DNA of 12,943 nt. Source: Promethearchaeota archaeon (lineage in GTDB: Archaea > Asgardarchaeota > Lokiarchaeia > Sigyniarchaeales > SOKP01). The stretch is from contig JALGVJ010000062.1 of assembly GCA_029838195.1 (NCBI GenBank), positions 1 to 12,943 of the forward strand, given 5' to 3'. The translations under genes and the position numbers were made by a program. The stretch's first letter is position 1. Every line of letters starts with the position of its first letter. Of the stretch, positions 1 to 6,874 are shown piece after piece. The notes beneath the pieces are model-generated. The model searched no databases and had not been told where the DNA came from. It saw only the letters and a program-made list of their open reading frames with translations.

Positions 1-601
1 CATCAATGAACATTTTCCCACGTCCTTCCGGTGGTAAGTCCTCATGATACCCTTCCTTTAAAATGAACATAATTGCAGCCAGGTTTCCCGCCTTGAAGGG
101 AGTTAAAATACATTTTTGAAGAAAAGATCGAGCAGAATCATCTCTCAAATCGATTAATTTCCGTAAAATATCAATGTCCCGCTCGATTTTGGAATAAGCA
201 TTATCAGAATTTTCATAGGTTTTAAAATCTTTGAGTATTTTCTTTTTTAAGTTGGGATTGACAATACTGAAAATCTCTCTACGCTTTTCTGTTGTTAAAT
301 AGACGTAATACTTCTCATATATAATGAACTCAATTTCATCCAAGTTTCCTGTCTTGAAGAGAGTTAAAATACGTTCTTGAAGAAAAGATCGAGCGGACTC
401 ATCCCCCAACTCGATTAATTGCCGTAAAATATCAATATCCCGCTTGATTTTATCTTTAACATATTTATAATGATAAAGATTTATGTAGGTTTCAAAGTCT
501 TCTACTATTTTCTTTTTTAATGCAGGATTGGCATCAATGAACATTTTCCCACGTCCTTCCGGTGGTAAGTCCTCATGATACCCTTCCTTTAAAATGAACA
601 T
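1..601 (-). CDS. Continuation (shifted frame) of the tandem-repeat protein; partial, runs off the left edge
   Basis: Not in the ORF track. Manual translation from ATG at 601-599 is open to position 1: MFILKEGYHEDLPPEGRGKMFIDANPALKKKIVEDFETYINLYHYKYVKDKIKRDIDILRQLIELGDESARSFLQERILTLFKTGNLDEIEFIIYEKYYVYLTTEKRREIFSIVNPNLKKKILKDFKTYENSDNAYSKIERDIDILRKLIDLRDDSARSFLQKCILTPFKAGNLAAIMFILKEGYHEDLPPEGRGKMFID. It carries the same repeat as ORF 589..2280. Confidence 0.85.
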   Translation of the reverse strand, partial: MFILKEGYHEDLPPEGRGKMFIDANPALKKKIVEDFETYINLYHYKYVKDKIKRDIDILRQLIELGDESARSFLQERILTLFKTGNLDEIEFIIYEKYYVYLTTEKRREIFSIVNPNLKKKILKDFKTYENSDNAYSKIERDIDILRKLIDLRDDSARSFLQKCILTPFKAGNLAAIMFILKEGYHEDLPPEGRGKMFID

Positions 602-1625
602 AATTGCAGCCTTAAAATACATTCTTGAAGAAAGGATCGTGCGGATTCATCACCCAAGTCGATTAATTTCCGTAAAATATCAATGTCCCACTTGATTTTA
701 GAAGCATCACGAGAATTTTCATAGGTTTCAAAATTTTCTAACATGTTCTTTTTTAATTCGGGATTGGCATCAATGAACATTGTCCCACGCCTTTCCGCTG
801 GCAAAACCTCATAAAATTCATTCTTTAAAATGAAATAAATTGTGGCCAAGTTTCTTTCCTTGAAAGGGGTTAAAATACATTCTTGAAGAAAAGATTTTAC
901 GGATTCATCCCCCCAGCTGATCAATTGCCGTAAAATATCAATATCCCGCTTAATTTTATCTTCAATATAATAATAATTTTTGTGGGTTTTAAAATCTTCT
1001 AATATGTTCTTTTTTAAGTTGGGATTGGCATCAATGAACATTTCCCCGCGCCTTTCCGCTGGCAATACCTCGTAAATTTCATTCTTTAAAATGAAATTAA
1101 TTGCAGTAAGGTTTCCTGCCTTGAAGGGGGTTAAAATACTTATATGAAGTAAAGATTGAGCGGATTTATCCCCCCAGCTGATCAATTGCCGTAAAATACC
1201 AATGTCCCGCCTGATATAATAATCACCACCAGAATTTTCAAGATCGTTAAGTATTTTCTTTTTTAATTTAAGATTTGCTTCAATGAACATTTCCACACGC
1301 CTTTCCACTGGCAATACCTCATAAAATTCATTCTTTAAAATGAACATAATTGCATCCAGGTTTCCTGTCTTGAAGGGGGTTAAAAGACATTCTTGAAGAA
1401 AAGATTCCGCGTATTGATCACCCCATTTGATTAATTTCCGTAATATATCAACGTCCTGTTTGATTTTAGAATCATATTCATAATTTTTCTTATAAGTTTC
1501 AAAATCTTCTAACATGTTTTTTTTTAATTCGGGATTGGCATCAATGAACATTGCCCCACGCATTTCTGCGGGCATTACCTCGCAAAATTCATTCTTTAAA
1601 ATGAACTCTATTAGCTCGAAATTTC
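1..1625 (-). repeat. Coding tandem repeat array, unit ~249-270 bp (83-90 aa), at least 6.5 units
   Basis: The anchor catcaatgaacat (MFID) or its variant starts at 1, 262, 532, 768, 1029, 1278 and 1539. Spacings are 261, 270, 236, 261, 249 and 261 bp, all multiples of 3 except the deletion-bearing unit. Positions 1-80 are identical to 532-611. Confidence 0.95.
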
Positions 1626-2280
1626 TTTGGTTAAATACCTCTATAATGCTTTTCCAAAATAAAAGTTTTGTACGCAATTCTTCCCGATTAATGAAGGGAG
1701 ATAAAATATAGGCTCCAGGCCCTTGAGGAAGGACATTTTTTAGGTTTGTTCTATTCAACAAGTAATACAAGAGCAATATTAGCCCTTTTTCTATTGTAGC
1801 CCTGACGAGTTCTTTACGGTCCATCTCGTTCAAATAATCAAGATAATGATTTTTGAGGAGATATTGAATTACCGTTTTATGATTACTTAAAAATCTGGAA
1901 ATGATCTCCCTTTTAAACGCCTCCTCTGCCTTAGGATCTCCGGCATCTGCTAATTCCTTCAATAGAGGAAAGGCAAGCGTCCGGTGTAATAAGCGGGTGT
2001 CATAATCGTGTTCCGCCCAGACTTGGAGATTGGAACAATGGCCCCAAAATTCAGTTTCCGGAGGGATATTAAACTTGCTTCTGTTTCCCTCCATGGAACG
2101 ATCTAATCGTTCAGCAGCCTCATCAATGGATTGGAGCTCATCAAATGTGCTGACTTTCTTAACCGGGATGTCTAATAAAAGGAACTTACATTGTCTAAAA
2201 TTTTTTCCAGCAATGTAGATGTTAGTCTTGTTATTTATTAATTTAAGCGTTAAATATTCATTAACCTTAAATTCTTTCAT
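589..2280 (-). CDS. Protein with Lokiarchaeia-type conserved N-terminal domain plus alpha-helical tandem repeats; truncated by a frameshift (possible pseudogene or split gene)
   Basis: 563-aa ORF. The N-terminus EFKVNEYLTLKL...FRQCKFLLL...SIDEAAE...EFWGHCSNLQVWAEHDYDTRLLH...LAFPLLKELADAGDPKA resembles the N-terminal domain I recall from expanded Loki LRR-domain proteins. Four repeats follow, then an out-of-frame tail RLQLCSF*. Confidence 0.85.
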   Translation of the reverse strand: MKEFKVNEYLTLKLINNKTNIYIAGKNFRQCKFLLLDIPVKKVSTFDELQSIDEAAERLDRSMEGNRSKFNIPPETEFWGHCSNLQVWAEHDYDTRLLHRTLAFPLLKELADAGDPKAEEAFKREIISRFLSNHKTVIQYLLKNHYLDYLNEMDRKELVRATIEKGLILLLYYLLNRTNLKNVLPQGPGAYILSPFINREELRTKLLFWKSIIEVFNQRNFELIEFILKNEFCEVMPAEMRGAMFIDANPELKKNMLEDFETYKKNYEYDSKIKQDVDILRKLIKWGDQYAESFLQECLLTPFKTGNLDAIMFILKNEFYEVLPVERRVEMFIEANLKLKKKILNDLENSGGDYYIRRDIGILRQLISWGDKSAQSLLHISILTPFKAGNLTAINFILKNEIYEVLPAERRGEMFIDANPNLKKNILEDFKTHKNYYYIEDKIKRDIDILRQLISWGDESVKSFLQECILTPFKERNLATIYFILKNEFYEVLPAERRGTMFIDANPELKKNMLENFETYENSRDASKIKWDIDILRKLIDLGDESARSFLQECILRLQLCSF

Positions 2281-2356
2281 GATTTAATTGTCTTTTTAAT
2301 TCAAATCCGTTAATTATTCTTTGACAGTAAATATTTAAATTTATTGGTATTTAAAT

Positions 2357-3079
2357 TTATTTATCGAGATTTTTTCTTAAATGCGTTTTAGTTTCAATGA
2401 AATTAATTTTTTCAAGAAAGGGGGTTCTTTTAGATTTCAATAGTCGGGGATTCACGCCTCCTAAACAACCGGCTTTCTTCGAAAGGACCGGTGTATCATA
2501 AATCCTAAAAAGCGAAGCTAACAGGATGAATTCATTACTAATAGCTGGCTCCTCCTCATTGTAAAAATCACAAGTTATGAAAACGTCCGGCTTTTCAATT
2601 ATGTGGAGCAAGGCACTAAGAATTGCCCTTCGACGGGCTAAAAGATCTGTATTATCATACACGATCATGTAGGATTCGTATTCCGGTAATTTCGCAAGAC
2701 GAGTTTGATCAATAACATCTAAATACATTTTATTTCTCATTCTATAAAACTTAAACACGAGTTGTTTGCTATTTTTTTCTTGACCCTCGCTCAATTTAGA
2801 GAAAAACTCCTCATAATACCTGTAAGCACTCACGAATTTCCTAAAAAGCAACGGATGAGCATCTTTCATCTTACTAAAGAAAATCCTATAAAGAGAGATG
2901 TCTCGAACGTCCGTACAAAATTTGTTTATCTTTCCCTTTTCCGAATGATGAAACAAAAATGTAGCGATTATTTTACCAAAATACTCGGGATTTTCAATTA
3001 TTTCCAACAATTTATCGCGTTCTATTCTCACGATTATTAACTCTTCTTTACCTTCACTCGCTCCTTCACTAAATTTCAA
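2357..3079 (-). CDS. Hypothetical protein; frame may really begin at ATG 3208, with an internal TGA at 3110-3112
   Basis: 240-aa ORF with TTG start and protein-like composition, no motif recognised. The same frame upstream reads MIEQFNKELIDPNRYNAYTEESEKTGDIVHAI*DAYFGRSNLILKFSEG. Confidence 0.7.
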   Translation of the reverse strand: MKFSEGASEGKEELIIVRIERDKLLEIIENPEYFGKIIATFLFHHSEKGKINKFCTDVRDISLYRIFFSKMKDAHPLLFRKFVSAYRYYEEFFSKLSEGQEKNSKQLVFKFYRMRNKMYLDVIDQTRLAKLPEYESYMIVYDNTDLLARRRAILSALLHIIEKPDVFITCDFYNEEEPAISNEFILLASLFRIYDTPVLSKKAGCLGGVNPRLLKSKRTPFLEKINFIETKTHLRKNLDK

Positions 3080-3298
3080 TATAAGATTTGAGCGGCCAAA
3101 ATACGCATCTCAAATAGCATGCACAATATCTCCCGTTTTTTCACTCTCTTCAGTATAAGCATTATATCTATTGGGATCAATCAATTCTTTATTGAATTGC
3201 TCGATCATGTTTTCGCTTATTTCAAGCAACTAATAAAAAATAAATAAAATCAAATCCTATTTCCATATCAATCATCATCGGTTTTTATTGGGTAATTT

Positions 3299-3306
3299 TT
3301 TATAAT
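3299..3306 (+). promoter_or_regulatory. Putative archaeal TATA box for the dehydratase-like/activase operon
   Basis: TTTATAAT about 45 nt upstream of ATG 3350 in the divergent intergenic region. The AT-rich background lowers specificity. Confidence 0.4.
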
Positions 3307-3349
3307 ACAACGTGTTAATAAATAAAAAAAGATACGCACGCTAGTTCAA

Positions 3350-4540
3350 ATGAAAATCAGTTTTCCAAATATGGGTCCAAATTGGGTCGCGTTTAAATCA
3401 TTATTCACTGCTCTTGACCCAAATATCGAAGTCATCTTGCCTGACCCTACGAATCGAGAGGCCATTAAAATTGGTGTCAAGCACAGTCCGGAATTCGTAT
3501 GTTTTCCTTTTAAAGCGACTTTGGGGGATTTTGTTTCTGCTATAAAAAAGGGTGCGGATACTTTAGTAATGGCAATAGACTGTGGCCCTTGCCGGTTTGG
3601 GTTTTATCACGCCGTTCAAGAACGTCTCTTGCATGACATGGGCTATAAACACGTGCGGGTTATTCCTTTAGATCAAGCGGACTTGCTGGAATTCCATTGG
3701 GTAAAAACCCTTTATGAGGTCTCACCGCCGAAAAATAAACTCGCATTGTATTCCGGCATGGTAAGAGCCGTCATCGTCTTCTTGAAAAAAGCAAAACTAT
3801 TAAGCGACATCCAGACTGCTGAAGGTATTTTCCGAGCTTACGAGCGAAATCAAGGAGATACAACGGAAACGGTAAAAAATTTATTGATTAAATTAGATGA
3901 GGCAAATACACTAAAAGAGTTACGAAATTTTAAGAAAGTAATCAAGGAAGAATTCAATAAAATTGATGTCGACAAGACTAGAAATCCTTTAAAGGTGGCA
4001 ATCGCCGGAGAAATTCACATTAGCTTGGAAACTTTTGTTAACCTAGATATTAGACGAAAATTGGGAGAACTAGGTGTTGAAATTCACCAGAATTTGTGCC
4101 TCTGGGATTGGGTCGCCCATAAATTTCACTTGAATTTTCATCGAAAATGGTTGGAACACTTGGCAAAACCGTATGTTCCCATGGACATTGGTGGCGAATG
4201 TTATTGGGTAATCGGCGAGTACATTGACCGGGCAAGAAGTGGCTTTGATGGATTCGTTCACGTATATCCATTTACCTGCATGCCGGAAGTCACGGCTCGC
4301 ACTATCATTACGAATCGGTTAAAAGGAATTTATGATCTTCCCGTTATATTCTTTTCTTTTGATGAGCATTCCGGAATGGAAGGTTTTAGAACAAGATTAG
4401 AAGCTTTTGTGGATTTAATGACCACCCGAAGAGCACATTTAAAAAATAAGGAGAAAGAGGGAAAAGAAAGCTCAACTCCTGAATTTGATATTGGAAATCA
4501 TTTCTATAAAGAATGCGTGCAATTAATTAATGCCAAATGA
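3350..4540 (+). CDS. 2-hydroxyacyl-CoA dehydratase-like Fe-S protein ('CoA protein activase'/COG3581-like; PlsR-type reduction-dehydration domain class)
   Basis: Motifs MKISFPNMG, SPEFVCFPFK, GADT, DCGPCRFGFY, KVAIAGEI and GFDGFVHVYPFTCMPEV...FSFDEHSGMEGFRTRLEAFVD match the family pattern, with dispersed Cys ligands. Overlaps the downstream activase gene by 11 nt. Confidence 0.85.
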   Translation: MKISFPNMGPNWVAFKSLFTALDPNIEVILPDPTNREAIKIGVKHSPEFVCFPFKATLGDFVSAIKKGADTLVMAIDCGPCRFGFYHAVQERLLHDMGYKHVRVIPLDQADLLEFHWVKTLYEVSPPKNKLALYSGMVRAVIVFLKKAKLLSDIQTAEGIFRAYERNQGDTTETVKNLLIKLDEANTLKELRNFKKVIKEEFNKIDVDKTRNPLKVAIAGEIHISLETFVNLDIRRKLGELGVEIHQNLCLWDWVAHKFHLNFHRKWLEHLAKPYVPMDIGGECYWVIGEYIDRARSGFDGFVHVYPFTCMPEVTARTIITNRLKGIYDLPVIFFSFDEHSGMEGFRTRLEAFVDLMTTRRAHLKNKEKEGKESSTPEFDIGNHFYKECVQLINAK

Positions 4541-5579
4541 AGAGGAAACAAGCATGGTTGAAATTACGGAAGAGAATGTAGAGGTAAAAGAAACTAAAAA
4601 AGAAGCTTTCCTCGGAATTGATGTGGGAAGCGTGAGCGTGAAATTTGTACTGATGGATATGGAGGGCAACGTGTTGACCAGTGTTTTCTTACGAAATAAA
4701 GGCTCACCAATTGAGTCCGTAAAAGAAGGAATGGAACAACTGCGACAAAAAATCGAATCGGAGAAAATTTTACAACAATATGAGATAAAAGCTTGTGGAA
4801 CCACCGGCTCTGCTCGTTATTTAACAAAAGCCGTAGTAGGTGGTGATCTAGCTAAAACTGAGATCATAGCTCACGCAGTTGCCACGCAAAGCGAATATCC
4901 TGACGTTAGAACGATTCTTGAAATTGGTGGGCAAGATTCCAAAATCATCATCTTGCGAGATGGTATCATCGTGGATTTCGCCATGAATTCAGTATGCGCT
5001 GCTGGCACGGGTTCCTTTCTTGACCATCAAGCCTCCAGATTGGGTATCCCCATCGAAAAATTTGGAGATTATGCACTTAAATCGAAAAATCCCGTATCTA
5101 TTGCAGGCAGATGTACTGTATTTGCTGAATCAGATATGATACACAAACAGAATGCGGGTTATTCAAAGGAGGACATTATTGCGGGACTCTGCGACTCGCT
5201 TGTAAGAAATTACTTGAATAACCTGGCAAAAGGCAAGGAGTTGGAAGAACCCATTGTTTTCCAAGGAGGGGTTTCGTTTAATAAGGGAATCGTGAAGGCA
5301 TTTGAGAAGCAATTGGGCGTGAAAGTATTGGTCCCGAAGCATAATGTCTTGATGGGGGCTTTAGGAATGGCAATTTTATCACGGGATTATTATTTAGAAA
5401 ATGGCATGAAGACAAATTTTAGGGGGTTAAACGTGGGAGAATTAAATTTTGTAACATCAGCGTTCTATTGTGGAGATTGCCCGAATAATTGCGAAATAGT
5501 TCAAGTGCGGTTATCTGAGGAGGATAATAAGGTCATAGCGCGCTGGGGTTCTCGTTGTGGAAAATGGGAGGTGTTTTAG
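4530..5579 (+). CDS. Acyl-CoA dehydratase activase (BadF/BadG/BcrA/BcrD ASKHA ATPase, [4Fe-4S] 'archerase')
   Basis: GIDVGSVS (phosphate-1), GTTGSAR, EIIAHA, EIGGQDSK (phosphate-2), NSVCAAGTGSFLD, GRCTVFAESD and FQGGVSFN, plus a C-terminal CGDCPNNC...RCGKW Cys cluster. Confidence 0.95.
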   Translation: MPNEEETSMVEITEENVEVKETKKEAFLGIDVGSVSVKFVLMDMEGNVLTSVFLRNKGSPIESVKEGMEQLRQKIESEKILQQYEIKACGTTGSARYLTKAVVGGDLAKTEIIAHAVATQSEYPDVRTILEIGGQDSKIIILRDGIIVDFAMNSVCAAGTGSFLDHQASRLGIPIEKFGDYALKSKNPVSIAGRCTVFAESDMIHKQNAGYSKEDIIAGLCDSLVRNYLNNLAKGKELEEPIVFQGGVSFNKGIVKAFEKQLGVKVLVPKHNVLMGALGMAILSRDYYLENGMKTNFRGLNVGELNFVTSAFYCGDCPNNCEIVQVRLSEEDNKVIARWGSRCGKWEVF

Positions 5580-5601
5580 CATGGGAGGTGTTATAGCATG
5601 G
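5564..5601 (+). repeat. 17-bp tandem duplication containing a Shine-Dalgarno GGAGGTG
   Basis: atgggaggtgttttagc (5564-5580) followed by atgggaggtgttatagc (5581-5597) and atgg; one mismatch between copies. Confidence 0.9.
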
Positions 5602-5804
5602 TAGAAAGAATTAAAGAGTTTTTAGACCAGATAGAAGATTTAGGAAAGGAAGTAATGGAAACCCTCCAGCATCGGGCGAAATTAAGGACAATATTTGATA
5701 TATTCACGGAGAAAGTAATTCCAGCTTTCGTGTCAGAGAAGGATTTAAAGGAGTATTATGAGAAGCGCATGGAAGAGTTGAATGATTTCATTGATCGATT
5801 GTAG
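5598..5804 (+). CDS. Small acidic, helical hypothetical protein (68 aa), probably co-transcribed with the activase
   Basis: Strong SD (GGAGGTG) 7 nt before the ATG, 18 nt after the activase stop; E/K/L-rich amphipathic pattern. Confidence 0.8.
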   Translation: MVERIKEFLDQIEDLGKEVMETLQHRAKLRTIFDIFTEKVIPAFVSEKDLKEYYEKRMEELNDFIDRL

Positions 5805-6147
5805 AAAGAAAAGATCATTAATAGAAAATCTTTTTATTGAAGGTTCGTAATTTATATTTTACACGTGAGTAGTTTTTGAATTTTTAAAACAAACCTAAAT
5901 CCGCAAGTGTAATTCGGGTGGCATGGAATAATCATCTCAAGGATAAAGAAGATAACTGATTTAAGTAATATTTATCATAATATTAAATATTAAGACGGAT
6001 CATATTAGTTTTCGATTTAGAATCTTTATAAAAGATGCAATAATTAAAGTAATGGATAATTTAACCATGTTTTTCAAGAGTGGTAAGTAGACCGAAATTT
6101 TTCAAGTAATTAAATAAATAAAAATAAGAAAAACAAGTACGAAAGAC

Positions 6148-6852
6148 GTGATTCCAATGGTAGAAACTTCAGAAGTTTCGAAAAATGAGAATAAAATAAA
6201 CACAAAGGAGCTATTAGGCGATGTATTTTATGGAGCTGTGAAAGGAATTGGGGGATTGGCACTGAAACTTTTCACGAATTTAGAAATAGAGGGAAAGGAA
6301 AACATACCGTTAAGGGGCAAGGCAATCTTAACCACGGTGAGTAAAAATGTTATTCGAGATTTATTAATTATTAGCCAGGTTTCGGGGCGAAAAATTCATT
6401 TCATGTTAAATCCAAAGTTAATGCGTCATCAGATTGCGGGTCCCGTGTTGAAATCGCTTGGCATGATTCGAAGTACCGAGAGCAAGGACGATACGGAGCC
6501 AATTGATAATGTATTTAGAATCTTGAATGAAGAAGGGGATTTAGTGGCAATGACTCCGGAAGCAAAGTTGGATCGTGAGACTAAAATCAAATCCATGGCT
6601 GCCATAATTAAATTTGCCGTGGCAGCGGATGCACCCATCATTCCCATTGCCGTGGTACGGAAGAAAACGAAATTATTTAACATGGTGAATTCAAATGGAT
6701 TTAAGGTTAAAGTAGGGAATCCCTTGCCCCTGGATAAAAAACTAAATCGAGATAAGTATCGAAGTCAGAGATATGAAATTGCCGAAGATATCTTGAATAT
6801 AATCGAATCTCTTGAAGAAGAAGAGGAATTGGAAGAAGAAAATAATAAATAA
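6148..6852 (+). CDS. Lysophospholipid acyltransferase (PlsC/LPLAT)-fold protein with degenerate catalytic motifs
   Basis: EIEGKENIPLRGKAIL, RKIHFM, GPVLKSLGMI, VAMTPEA (FPEG equivalent), AVAADAPIIPIAV and VKVGNPL follow the PlsC motif order. The HxxxxD motif reads TTVSKNVIRD with no His. The start may be ATG 6157. Confidence 0.8.
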   Translation: MIPMVETSEVSKNENKINTKELLGDVFYGAVKGIGGLALKLFTNLEIEGKENIPLRGKAILTTVSKNVIRDLLIISQVSGRKIHFMLNPKLMRHQIAGPVLKSLGMIRSTESKDDTEPIDNVFRILNEEGDLVAMTPEAKLDRETKIKSMAAIIKFAVAADAPIIPIAVVRKKTKLFNMVNSNGFKVKVGNPLPLDKKLNRDKYRSQRYEIAEDILNIIESLEEEEELEEENNK

Positions 6853-6874
6853 TGTATTTAAATTAAAAAATTGA

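Noticed and set aside
589-620. Programmed -1 ribosomal frameshift joining the two repeat ORFs
   Set aside because: No canonical X XXY YYZ slippery heptamer in frame, and the shift is fully explained by a 22-bp deletion relative to sister repeats.
1-1625. Diversity-generating retroelement (TR/VR pair) or CRISPR array as the explanation of the repeats
   Set aside because: No reverse transcriptase or cas genes in the window; units are ~260-bp coding repeats; differences include indels and are not confined to adenines.
2332-2361. 14-bp direct repeat tatttaaatttatt (2332-2345, 2348-2361) upstream of the repeat gene
   Set aside because: Pure A/T low-complexity sequence overlapping a stop codon and a probable TATA region; cannot be distinguished from chance.
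1514-3040. Plus-strand ORFs 1514..1711, 2030..2218 and 2762..3040
   Set aside because: Antisense shadows of longer, better-supported minus-strand genes; no motifs.
3110-3112. Genome-wide TGA reassignment
   Set aside because: TGA terminates well-defined genes at 4540, 8520 and 10920, and no conserved gene contains an internal TGA.
4050-4827. Minus-strand ORFs 4050..4271, 4070..4261, 4523..4804 and 4594..4827
   Set aside because: Antisense to strongly conserved dehydratase-like and activase genes.
5598-5804. Acyl carrier protein or ferredoxin identity for the 68-aa protein
   Set aside because: No DSL-type phosphopantetheine Ser motif and no Cys residues.
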